Of a DNA stretch of 64,000 nucleotides, positions 32,228 to 44,334 are shown one piece after another (position 1 is the stretch's first letter; each line of letters begins with the position of its first letter). Under the pieces are notes generated by a model. The model was given only the letters and a program-made list of their open reading frames with translations, was not told the origin of the DNA and did no database searches. Source of the DNA: Myxococcota bacterium (GTDB taxonomy: Bacteria > Myxococcota_A > Polyangia > Polyangiales > Houyiibacteriaceae); NCBI GenBank assembly GCA_039030515.1, contig JBCCEA010000018.1:24033-88032 (forward strand), given 5' to 3'. Made by a program: the position numbers and the translations under genes.

Positions 32228-32918
32228 TCCACGTTCGGTGAGTAGGGCAAACCGCGATGGTGAATCGGGCTTGCCGCAAAGCCTCGACGCGTCGACGACT
32301 CCGCCAAGGGTGCTGATCGTCGGCGACGTTCACGGGTGCGTCGATGAACTCGAGGATTTGGTCGCTCGATTCGATCCGCGGAGTGAAGACCAGGTCGTTT
32401 TGGTAGGGGATTTGGTGCGCAAGGGGCCTTACTCGGCCCGGGTTATCGAGTTCATCCGTGCGATCGGCGCTCGGTCTGTGATGGGCAATCACGATCGATA
32501 TGCAGTCCGTCTATGGGATACCGGCTCCGTGACCGAACTCGAAGCGCACCATGTCGCGTTCCTGCGTGAACTACCGCGCACTATTTGGTTACCGGAGTAC
32601 AACGTTCGGGTGGTTCATGCGGGGCTCTTGCCCGGTCTAGATATGGCGCAGCAAAGCGAGGAAACACTTTTATTTGTCCGTTCCATAAGGCCCGACGGCA
32701 CGCCTGCCCGAAACGCGCAAGAGGGCGTGCCCTGGGCCTCACTCTGGCGGGGACCCGAACACATCGTTTTCGGTCACGATGCGCTGCGCGGTTTCCAAAG
32801 CTACCCACTTGCGACCGGCATCGATACAGGCTGCGTCTATGGAAACAAGCTCACCGGTCTTGTCCTCCCCACGCATACCTTGATCTCGGTACCGGCAAAG
32901 CGTCGCTACATCTCATGA
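32220..32918 (+). CDS. Calcineurin-like metallophosphoesterase (ApaH/PrpE-like)
   Basis: GDVHG, GDLVRKG, GNHD, HAG, FGH, IDTGC. Confidence 0.92.
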   Translation: MTDPRSVSRANRDGESGLPQSLDASTTPPRVLIVGDVHGCVDELEDLVARFDPRSEDQVVLVGDLVRKGPYSARVIEFIRAIGARSVMGNHDRYAVRLWDTGSVTELEAHHVAFLRELPRTIWLPEYNVRVVHAGLLPGLDMAQQSEETLLFVRSIRPDGTPARNAQEGVPWASLWRGPEHIVFGHDALRGFQSYPLATGIDTGCVYGNKLTGLVLPTHTLISVPAKRRYIS

Positions 32919-33340
32919 ATCCCAAACATGCCAAGCCCGATCGAGCTGAATCGCCTTCGCTTCTGGATCACTCCACCAAGTCGGTTCCTCTTTCTGAGGT
33001 CGATAGGCTTGGAGTGGCCCCTGTCGAACTCGCCATAGATGCTCAAGGTCATCGCCGACAGGCGCTCGTCGTTCGAGACACCCTTGGTGTACCGAGAGCG
33101 TACCTAAATCGCTGCAAACACATCCCAGTTCCGCTCGACGGCTTTCAGGGTGATGCGCTTCACGAAGACAAACGGCATCTGATCTGCTTCACCCACGGGG
33201 CACTTTACCGACTCCACGATGGAATGTGCGTTGCCGGACCGTGCGTGGACGAGGCTCTCGAATCGATCCCCTTCGTGATTCGCGCCGGAGTTGTTCTGAT
33301 TCAGGATTCAGCCCCTTACCACCGAGACGACGAGCCATAA
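32915..33340 (+). CDS. Rieske [2Fe-2S] ferredoxin-like protein
   Basis: CKH...CFTH ligand motifs, CVAGPC; ATGA overlap with the upstream gene. Confidence 0.88.
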   Translation: MNPKHAKPDRAESPSLLDHSTKSVPLSEVDRLGVAPVELAIDAQGHRRQALVVRDTLGVPRAYLNRCKHIPVPLDGFQGDALHEDKRHLICFTHGALYRLHDGMCVAGPCVDEALESIPFVIRAGVVLIQDSAPYHRDDEP

Positions 33341-33368
33341 AAAGAAAGCGGTCTCGACGCGATCCCGA

Positions 33369-34226
33369 CTAACCTGAAGAACTCGGCTGCCTTGCAGCAA
33401 AGGCGGCGGAGGTGGTCAGTTCACCGAGTTCCGCCCATGGTGCGTCTTCACTGTTTTTGAGAGGTCGGCTGCGGCCCGTGAGCACTTCACACCCGGAGCG
33501 AGTCACCAAAATCGAGTGCTCGAACTGTGCAGTGAGCGCTCGATCTGCGGTGAGTACGGTCCATCCATCGGATTGAAGTTCGCACTCGTGGGTTCCGAGA
33601 TTGATCATCGGCTCGATCGTGAAGACCCATCCCGACTTCATTCGATCACCGCTGCCCCTTCGTCCGTAGTGAGGTACCTGAGGGGGCATGTGGAATTGAC
33701 GTCCCACGCCGTGTCCAACGTAGTCTTCGACCACCGAGCAGTTCATCGCATGGGCGTATTCCTGAATGGCCGCGCCGATATCCCCGATGCGAGCTCCGTG
33801 TTTTACCTGAGCTGTTCCAAGCTCGAGGCATCGGCGAGACACTTCTGTCACTCGCTTGGCGTCCTCAGAGGGTTCGCCTACGTAAAATGTGGCGCTGGTG
33901 TCTCCGTGAAATCCGTGTTTTTCAGGAAAAAATGTCGTCACGTCTACGTTGATGATGTCGCCGTCTTTCAAAGCGTAGTCGCTCGGTATGCCGTGACACA
34001 CGCAATCGTTGACTGAGGTGCACACACTTTTTGGAAACCCACGGTAGTTTAGTGGAGACGGGTAAGCGCCATGCTCCTCGATCCACCGATGCACCGACTC
34101 GTTGATTTCCAAGGTAGTGAGACCCGGACGGATTTGGTCTCCCACCATGAGCAAGCACTCTGAAGCCAGACGACACGACTCGCGCATCTTATCGAGCATT
34201 CGAGGCGTCATCACTTCAACAGCCAC
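33369..34226 (-). CDS. map: Methionine aminopeptidase type I
   Basis: CHGIP, INVDVT, HGDTS, GHGVG, TIEPM, QFEH; GTG start at 34226 chosen (ATG 34250 is an alternative). Confidence 0.95.
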   Translation of the reverse strand: MAVEVMTPRMLDKMRESCRLASECLLMVGDQIRPGLTTLEINESVHRWIEEHGAYPSPLNYRGFPKSVCTSVNDCVCHGIPSDYALKDGDIINVDVTTFFPEKHGFHGDTSATFYVGEPSEDAKRVTEVSRRCLELGTAQVKHGARIGDIGAAIQEYAHAMNCSVVEDYVGHGVGRQFHMPPQVPHYGRRGSGDRMKSGWVFTIEPMINLGTHECELQSDGWTVLTADRALTAQFEHSILVTRSGCEVLTGRSRPLKNSEDAPWAELGELTTSAAFAARQPSSSG

Positions 34227-35673
34227 GACTCTTCGTACCTTTCCTGTCATGAGGTTGCAAGTTGCGACGTAGAAAGCCGCCATGACCGAAATAGCTCATG
34301 TACGCCAAGGCCCCAACGACGTTGCCGCCCGCGAGTACCCACCAAAGTCCCTCGCAGGGTAAGGAGAATACTTCAGCGACCAGGTACGCTGCTGGAACCA
34401 CCAAGATCACGACCACCACGCCATCGAGGATCATCGAGGCCAAGGTGGCACCCGCGCCGGTCATCGCCTGAGAAAGCACGAGACCTGTGCCCATAAACGC
34501 GTAGGTCGTGGCCGTGCGACGAAGGTAGCCGGTTCCGGTCTGGATGACGGCAGGGGTGTCGTCGAAGAAACCGAGGATCGGCTCGGCGTAGTACCAGAAT
34601 ATCCACGTGAACAAGAGCATGCACACGGCGTTGTATGCGACGGAGAGCCACCCGGCTTTTTGGGCGCGCTCTGGTTTTCCCGCTCCCAAGTTCGTGCCGA
34701 CGAGCGTCGATGCGGCCGCCCCCCAGCCCATGCCCACAAAAAGTGCCATGGTTTCAAGTCTCAAACACACGCTAAACGCGGTCAGCACGCTGGGATCTGT
34801 TGCTGTCGTGTAGTTGTTGTTGATGAGGGCGATCACGAGGAGCACGGCCAAGATACGCAGCACCATTTGCCCCGATGCAGGCCAAGCGATGCGAAAAAGC
34901 GCCCTTAATTCTTCAGCGATAGGCCGCAGGTAGACACGATGAAAGCGCGGTCCATCCCGAAGCTGAAGTAGCCAGATACTGCCGAAGATCAGCGGAATCG
35001 TACGAGCGATCAAGGTAGCCCAAGCCGCGCCGTGTACCCCAAGTCGGGGGATGCCAAAAAAAGATGCGATCTCGGTGCCCCAGACCAGTCCGGCTGGAGC
35101 GGGTCCCGGGCCGTATATCAAAACTACATTGAGAAATATATTGAGCACGTTGCCGCTAATAAGGAGTGCTGCTGCCGCTTTGGCATGCCCCATCGCCCTC
35201 AGGATCGCCGTCAGTTGGAGCATCATGAACACCGCATAACACCCTCCCAAACTGATGCGGAGGTACGACGCTGCTACGGCGGCAGTGTCTCCTTTGGTCT
35301 GCATGATCGACTCGATCAGAAACGGACTGCCGAGCAGTCCAATGCTTCCAAACGCCAAGGAGAGACAAAGAACCACGAGGAGAGACTGCCAGGTGGCTCG
35401 GCGCACGCCGCGCCGGTCTCCGCCGCCTTGAGCCTGAGAAATCCGCGCTACGGTGGCGCCTGCAACGCCGTTGGACAGCACTGTCGGCAGGGCGGCGATC
35501 ATGTCGCAGGTGCCTACGGCGGCGAGCGCAGTCGTCGCCCCGTCAAGCCGACTGATCATGAACATGTCGACGAGATTGAACGCCGTGTGGAATAGCATCC
35601 CTACGACCAGCGGCGCTCCAAACTTCAGGGTGACCGACCACGACGGCCCTTCTGTCATTCGGACAACATCCAT
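34216..35673 (-). CDS. MATE family efflux transporter
   Basis: About 12 TM; AFNLVDMFMISRL, NVLNIFLNVVLIYG, LGVHGAAWAT, GTNLGAGKPERA. Confidence 0.92.
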   Translation of the reverse strand: MDVVRMTEGPSWSVTLKFGAPLVVGMLFHTAFNLVDMFMISRLDGATTALAAVGTCDMIAALPTVLSNGVAGATVARISQAQGGGDRRGVRRATWQSLLVVLCLSLAFGSIGLLGSPFLIESIMQTKGDTAAVAASYLRISLGGCYAVFMMLQLTAILRAMGHAKAAAALLISGNVLNIFLNVVLIYGPGPAPAGLVWGTEIASFFGIPRLGVHGAAWATLIARTIPLIFGSIWLLQLRDGPRFHRVYLRPIAEELRALFRIAWPASGQMVLRILAVLLVIALINNNYTTATDPSVLTAFSVCLRLETMALFVGMGWGAAASTLVGTNLGAGKPERAQKAGWLSVAYNAVCMLLFTWIFWYYAEPILGFFDDTPAVIQTGTGYLRRTATTYAFMGTGLVLSQAMTGAGATLASMILDGVVVVILVVPAAYLVAEVFSLPCEGLWWVLAGGNVVGALAYMSYFGHGGFLRRNLQPHDRKGTKSRGC

Positions 35674-35776
35674 AGAGCCGGCCACCCTAGCAGGTCCCGC
35701 ATGGTCGGCAGGTGTTCTGCAGGACGGTGCGGCCCCGAACGTTGACCTCGAGCTCGTCTAGAACTAAAAAAACTGT

Positions 35777-35962
35777 ATGGCCTCAGATCAACCCGTCAAC
35801 GTGCCACTTTCGGAAGACGAAGAGCGATCCGCAAAGGAAATCGATGCCTCCTGGACCGGCCCCAAGCTGATAGTGCTTTGCGCGGTGACGCTCGCGATCG
35901 CTCTCTCGGCGCTTTACATCATGTCGAGCATTCCGGTCACCCATATTCCCCAGATCAGGTAG
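35777..35962 (+). CDS. Small single-pass membrane protein (61 aa), hypothetical
   Basis: Acidic N-terminus then one hydrophobic helix; occupies the gap divergent from MATE. Confidence 0.55.
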   Translation: MASDQPVNVPLSEDEERSAKEIDASWTGPKLIVLCAVTLAIALSALYIMSSIPVTHIPQIR

Positions 35963-35964
35963 GC

Positions 35965-36028
35965 GCTCTCGTTTGAGCACGCTCTCGTTTGAGCACGCTC
36001 TCGTTCGAGCACGCTCTCGTTCGAGCAC
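35965..36028. repeat. 16-bp tandem repeat x4 with palindromic units
   Basis: gctctcgtttgagcac x2 then gctctcgttcgagcac x2. Confidence 0.95.
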
Positions 36029-36182
36029 ATTGGCGCGCCGGCTACGTAGAGCTCTCCATCGGAACGCGTCGATAGAACCGTAGAAGATCTGAAATCATTG
36101 ACGTCTTCGAACCATCCGCGGTACGGCTCTGAATCCCACGACCCGCTCTGGAATCGAAAACGCCAACGACTCCGGCTTCAGT

Positions 36183-36356
36183 CTAGTAACTGAAGTCCAG
36201 TTCCCGAACCTGTTCGCTCTCGTTCACATCTTCCTTTGCCGGATTGAAACTGGCTTCATCGTAAAGATCGTCGAGCGACCACCCGCAACGCTTGCTGGGA
36301 GCGATCTCTTCCCTTTGGAAGTCCTCGATCGAACGATACTGTTTGGGTCCTCGCAT
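36183..36356 (-). CDS. Small acidic hypothetical protein (57 aa), divergent from parA
   Basis: Strong RBS AAAGGAG before ATG; MRGPKQYRSIEDFQREEI...RELDFSY. Confidence 0.65.
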   Translation of the reverse strand: MRGPKQYRSIEDFQREEIAPSKRCGWSLDDLYDEASFNPAKEDVNESEQVRELDFSY

Positions 36357-36621
36357 CCTGACTCCTTTTTCATGCGAGAGAACGTGGCTCCGCGGTCTCA
36401 CTACGATCTCATGGAGCACGTTGTCTTACATTTGGCGACACGCTACCATCGCCCACTGGAGCTGCAAGAAATCGGGGACGCCGCTCGAATTCGCCTCTGC
36501 GCCTCAGCCGCTTTTAGGTTCTCCTGAACGGTTTCGCTCTTCCGAACGTTTGCGCTTCCTGTGCGGAAGCCGATTGAACGCGTGCAGCATCGCTGGTACT
36601 ACACGACTCCTCGGAGGGCCT

Positions 36622-37392
36622 GTGGGACGTGTTATTGCGGTCGCAAATCAAAAGGGCGGTGTCGGAAAAACCACCACCGCAGTCAATTTAGCCGCCTCGC
36701 TCGCGGTGGCCGAACAGCGAGTGCTCCTGATCGACATGGATCCTCAGGCCAACGCTTCTACCGGAGTAGGATTGCCGCCAGAGTCTGCACAAGCCGGCAT
36801 TTATAAAGCTTTGCTTCGCGAGCATCCCCTTTTGTATTCGGTTCGCTCTACAGAACTACCCTACCTTTCCGCAATACCTTCGAGTCCTGATCTTGCCGCG
36901 ATCGAGATCGAGCTCGTGGACGCCGCGGATCGCGCCACCCGGCTGCGGGATATTATGGTGGGCGCCCTCGGCAATTTTGATTTCATCATCCTAGACTGCC
37001 CTCCTTCCCTCGGGCTGCTGACGATCAATGCGCTGGTGGCAGCCGACTTGGTGGTCGTTCCGCTTCAGTGCGAATACTATGCTCTTGAAGGATTGACTCA
37101 ATTGGTCACGACGATCGAGCGCGTTCGTCATGGACTGAATCCAGATATCGAGCTTCATGGCGTCGTGCTCACGATGTTTGATGGAAGAAATCGCTTGGCG
37201 AAGGAAGTTGCAGCTGAGGTCCGAAGTCACTTCCACGTGTACGAGACCGTCATTCCACGCAACATCCGTTTGGCAGAAGCCCCTTCCCATGGTCAGCCAG
37301 TCGTTTTGTACGATGCCGCTTCGCTTGGATCTCTCGGCTACATCAACCTCGCGCGTGAGTTGCTCGATGCGCTTCCAGAGGCTGCGGCGTGA
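36622..37392 (+). CDS. parA: Chromosome partitioning ATPase ParA/Soj
   Basis: GGAGG RBS, GTG start; ANQKGGVGKTT, DMDPQAN, DCPPSLG, QCEYYALEG, IPRNIRLAEAPSHG. Confidence 0.96.
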   Translation: MGRVIAVANQKGGVGKTTTAVNLAASLAVAEQRVLLIDMDPQANASTGVGLPPESAQAGIYKALLREHPLLYSVRSTELPYLSAIPSSPDLAAIEIELVDAADRATRLRDIMVGALGNFDFIILDCPPSLGLLTINALVAADLVVVPLQCEYYALEGLTQLVTTIERVRHGLNPDIELHGVVLTMFDGRNRLAKEVAAEVRSHFHVYETVIPRNIRLAEAPSHGQPVVLYDAASLGSLGYINLARELLDALPEAAA

Positions 37393-38288
37393 CAAAGAGA
37401 CGCCTTGGTAAGGGTCTCGATGCGCTTCTTCCGAGCCCCCTAGGCCTGTCCTCGACTTCAGCCACATCACGAGCTTCTAGCCTGTCGCCGCAGAGCTCTA
37501 CCGCGGGAACTTCCGAGGCCGCGATCGAGACCCTACACCCCAATCGCAGTCAGCCTCGTCGTCGGTTTGAGGATGAGGCGCTGCAGGAGCTGGTTCGATC
37601 GATCGCCGAACATGGGGTGCTCGAGCCGATTCTGGTGCGGGAGCGAATCGGTGGTGGATTCGAGATCGTTGCGGGTGAGCGCAGGTGGAGGGCTGCACAA
37701 AGGGCGGGTCTCAAGGAAGTGCCCATCCACGTTCGAGAGTTGTCCGATCAGGGAGCGTTTGAAGCAGCTCTGGTGGAAAACCTGCAGCGTGAGGACTTGA
37801 ATCCCATCGAAACTGCCCGTGCATTTGCCCGACTGGCCGAAGAGTTTGGACTGACTCAGGAGCAGATTTCGGATCGGGTTGGAAAGGATCGCTCGACAGT
37901 AGCCAACGCGATTCGGCTGCTTCGTCTACCTGAACCGATTCTCGACATGCTCGAAGACGGCGTACTCTCAGAAGGACACGGACGAGCGCTACTCTCGGCA
38001 CCGGAAGATGCGATGATGGTGCTTGCACGCACTGCTCGTGAAAAAAACTGGTCTGTCCGAGAAACCGAGTCCCGCTCCAAAGCGGCCAAAAAAGCGAGCT
38101 CTGCTCACTCGACAGCGCCTAAAGAAAAAAACGTCAACATGCTCGACCTGGAACGCCGCTTGTCGCACGCACTTGGGAGTACAGTATCGCTCAGTGATCG
38201 AGGCGGCAGCGGAGAAATACGCATCAACTATGCAAGTTGGGACGAACTCGATCGCCTTATCGTTCATCTCACCGGAACCAAATCTTAG
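37389..38288 (+). CDS. parB: ParB/Spo0J partition protein
   Basis: LGKGLDAL, QPRR, CTPase motif GERRWRA, ENLQREDL, HTH VGKDRSTVAN. Confidence 0.96.
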   Translation: MTKRRLGKGLDALLPSPLGLSSTSATSRASSLSPQSSTAGTSEAAIETLHPNRSQPRRRFEDEALQELVRSIAEHGVLEPILVRERIGGGFEIVAGERRWRAAQRAGLKEVPIHVRELSDQGAFEAALVENLQREDLNPIETARAFARLAEEFGLTQEQISDRVGKDRSTVANAIRLLRLPEPILDMLEDGVLSEGHGRALLSAPEDAMMVLARTAREKNWSVRETESRSKAAKKASSAHSTAPKEKNVNMLDLERRLSHALGSTVSLSDRGGSGEIRINYASWDELDRLIVHLTGTKS

Positions 38289-38346
38289 ACTTCGCGTCTC
38301 CGCAGCCCTTTCTCACGGGATACGACAGCAAAGAACCTATTGTTCT

Positions 38347-39210
38347 TTAGGTTTTTCTCGCGAACGCTGCCCGAACGACGTTGTCGAGTAACATGGCGAT
38401 CGTCATCGGCCCAACGCCTCCAGGCACAGGGGTGATGGCGGATGCCCTTTCGAGCGCTGACGTATAGTCGACGTCGCCGACGAGCGACCCGTCCCCCAAA
38501 CGGTTGATGCCCACGTCGATCACCACCGCACCTGGCTTGATCCAGCTTCCGTGGACCAAGCCAGGCTTGCCAACCGCAGCGACGACCACGTCGGATTCTA
38601 AGACTCGGTCTTGCAGATGTTCGGTTCTCGAGTGCGCTACGGTGACCGTTGCATGTTGCTGCACGAGCATGGCTGCGAGCGGCTTGCCGACCAAGGCACT
38701 GCGTCCGACGACGATGGCTCGCGCTCCAACGAGCGCTGTCCGTCGCTCTTGAAGTAGCCGCATGCAGCCCCGAGGCGTGCAGGGCTGCAACCCCTCGCGA
38801 CCCGCTACCAGTAGACCCAGGTTTTGCGGATGAAGGCCATCCACGTCTTTGCGAGGATCGATGAGATCGACGATCGAAGTCTCGTCAAGACCATCGGGCA
38901 GAGGCAGCTGAACTAGAATTCCATCCACCTCTTCCTTGGCGCTCAGCTTCCGAACCCTATCCTCCACGTCATCTTGGGTGGTGGAGGCCGGCAACCGATG
39001 GACGCAGCCTTGAATTCCCGCTTTCGTAGCCGCCCGCTCCTTATTGCGAACGTATACCTGAGACGCGGGATCGCTACCCACCAGCACCACGTCGAGACCT
39101 ATCGGACGTCCAAAGCGACAGCGGAACTCTTCTGCGCGTACACGCACTTCGGACCGAACGGATTTTGCGAGCGCCTTACCGTCGATCTTCTTTTCGATCC
39201 AATCCGTCAT
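38347..39210 (-). CDS. folD: Bifunctional methylene-THF dehydrogenase/cyclohydrolase
   Basis: YVRNK, GILVQLPLP, KDVDG, PCTP, GRSALVGKP, TPVPGGVGPMT. Confidence 0.97.
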   Translation of the reverse strand: MTDWIEKKIDGKALAKSVRSEVRVRAEEFRCRFGRPIGLDVVLVGSDPASQVYVRNKERAATKAGIQGCVHRLPASTTQDDVEDRVRKLSAKEEVDGILVQLPLPDGLDETSIVDLIDPRKDVDGLHPQNLGLLVAGREGLQPCTPRGCMRLLQERRTALVGARAIVVGRSALVGKPLAAMLVQQHATVTVAHSRTEHLQDRVLESDVVVAAVGKPGLVHGSWIKPGAVVIDVGINRLGDGSLVGDVDYTSALERASAITPVPGGVGPMTIAMLLDNVVRAAFARKT

Positions 39211-39241
39211 AGATGCACACCCTGCCACAGGTTCGTGGTTC

Positions 39242-42721
<3,480 letters not shown>

Positions 42722-42848
42722 GGAATCTCCGCAGCGCTGCGCCGTGACACGGCATGCCGGATTTTGCCGTAAGGCGCATCCGACGAGGGTTGGACGTATT
42801 CTAAATCGGACGGTCAGGGATGCTCGAACCGGAGAGGCTTGATCAGAG

Positions 42849-43523
42849 TCACGCGTTGCCGCGGCTCGCTTCTTTGTCCTCGAGCGCTTCACCCGAACTG
42901 AGAGAATCCCCTGAGGTGGCTGCTCCGTCTTCGCGAGAGGCGTCTTCTCGGAACGAAGCGATGAACATGAGAGCTACCCCCACCGTGATCGCAATATCCG
43001 CCACGTTGAAGGTCGGATAGTCCCAGCTCGACCGGTAACCCGGCAGATCGTAGGCGCGAATAAAGTCGATCACGTAGCCTCGCGATGCGCGGTCCCATAG
43101 ATTGCCGAGGGCGCCCGACACGATGCAGGGAACGCTGAGGGCAAAGCAGATGCCCCCCCGCCCCATCCAAAACATCCAGAGAAGCGCGGATATCGCGACA
43201 ACGCCCGCAATTCCGAACACAAGGCTCCGGACGACTACGTTGGCGGTGTTAAGTAGTCCGAAAGCAGCGCCACAGTTTTCCGCATAGCGGAGCTCAAAAT
43301 GCCCCTCGATCAAACTCAAGCTACCGTCCGGCAGTCTCTGAAACCGACGGTCCTCCGGATCACACACGTCCGGCGCGTTACCTACGGGACGTGAGCGCGA
43401 AAGGTGTTCTTCTGCCCACTGCTTGCTCCACAAGTCGAGCCCGGTCAGCGCAGACAGGGCTACCAGACACAAAATTATCGAACTCAGACTACGTCTCGGC
43501 GCCTCAGACTCCTGCATCATCAT
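42849..43523 (-). CDS. lspA: Lipoprotein signal peptidase II
   Basis: DLWSK, NCGAAFG, GALGNLWDR, VIDF, FNVAD. Confidence 0.95.
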   Translation of the reverse strand: MMMQESEAPRRSLSSIILCLVALSALTGLDLWSKQWAEEHLSRSRPVGNAPDVCDPEDRRFQRLPDGSLSLIEGHFELRYAENCGAAFGLLNTANVVVRSLVFGIAGVVAISALLWMFWMGRGGICFALSVPCIVSGALGNLWDRASRGYVIDFIRAYDLPGYRSSWDYPTFNVADIAITVGVALMFIASFREDASREDGAATSGDSLSSGEALEDKEASRGNA

Positions 43524-43586
43524 GCTCGATAACCCACAATACCTTCGGCGGCAAAGCTGGTGGCGGCAAAACCAGTGCGCGCGAAA

Positions 43587-44222
43587 TTAACGGTAGCGCT
43601 GAATAATGTGAAAGCCGAACGGAGTCTCCACCACATCACTGATCTCCCCTACCCGTAAGTCAAAAGCCGTGCGCTCAAACTCTGGAACCATGCGTCCACG
43701 AGAAAACGTTCCTAGGTCTCCACCACGCGCCCCCGAGGGCCCTTCGCTATGCTCTTTGGCCAGAGCTTGGAAGTCCGCCCCCTCCTCTTGGGCTTTCGAA
43801 AGCAGGTTGCGAACGAGGGACCGCGCTTCGTTTCTCGTCCGATCGACTCTTGCCCGGGATGCGCCCTCGAACTGAATTAAGATGTGTCTCGCCGCTATCT
43901 GACTGTCCACTCCCGGGGGAGGATGCTTGTGTGGCCCAGCCGTAGAGGCGCCGGTGCGGGTTGTCTGCGTCCGAGAGTTGCCGTCGATCGCGGGTGCGGA
44001 ATGGATCACATGTACTGAATCATCAGCGAGATCCTTCGATTTGACGTCCGAGTCTGCAACCAGCGCTGGGCACCCCGCGAAAAAAACAGTTCCCAAACTG
44101 ATCCAGAGCAGAGTGACAAGACCGAGGGGGTTTTGGGTCGAACCTAGGGGCCCTAGGCTGTGTCCTCCGGTAGCGGTTCCCGCTGGTGTGTTCGGTGTTG
44201 TCGGGATTTTCGATAAGATCAT
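43587..44222 (-). CDS. Parvulin-type peptidyl-prolyl isomerase, probably a lipoprotein
   Basis: ARHILI, FQALAKEHS, GGDLG, MVPEFE, ETPFGFHII; lipobox-like FFAGC. Confidence 0.9.
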   Translation of the reverse strand: MILSKIPTTPNTPAGTATGGHSLGPLGSTQNPLGLVTLLWISLGTVFFAGCPALVADSDVKSKDLADDSVHVIHSAPAIDGNSRTQTTRTGASTAGPHKHPPPGVDSQIAARHILIQFEGASRARVDRTRNEARSLVRNLLSKAQEEGADFQALAKEHSEGPSGARGGDLGTFSRGRMVPEFERTAFDLRVGEISDVVETPFGFHIIQRYR

Positions 44223-44296
44223 CAGTTCTTCAGCCCTCGTTCGGTCCAGAGTGCCAGCTTAGATTCAATATCCTTCATGTTCGACCTTGCTGGAGT

Positions 44297-44334
44297 GCTT
44301 TGTCTCAGACCCTGCGCTTTGTCTCAGACCCTGC
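44297..44334. repeat. 19-bp perfect tandem duplication across the mscS-family stop codon
   Basis: gctttgtctcagaccctgc x2. Confidence 0.9.

Noticed and set aside
35965..36028. Possible CRISPR array
   Set aside because: Units are contiguous 16-mers with no spacers and no cas genes in the window
36292..36621. Long N-terminal extensions of parA, and likewise of the Rieske, ileS, aroA, folD and ribB ORFs
   Set aside because: Longest-ORF artefacts; RBS, gene overlaps or family N-termini point to downstream starts
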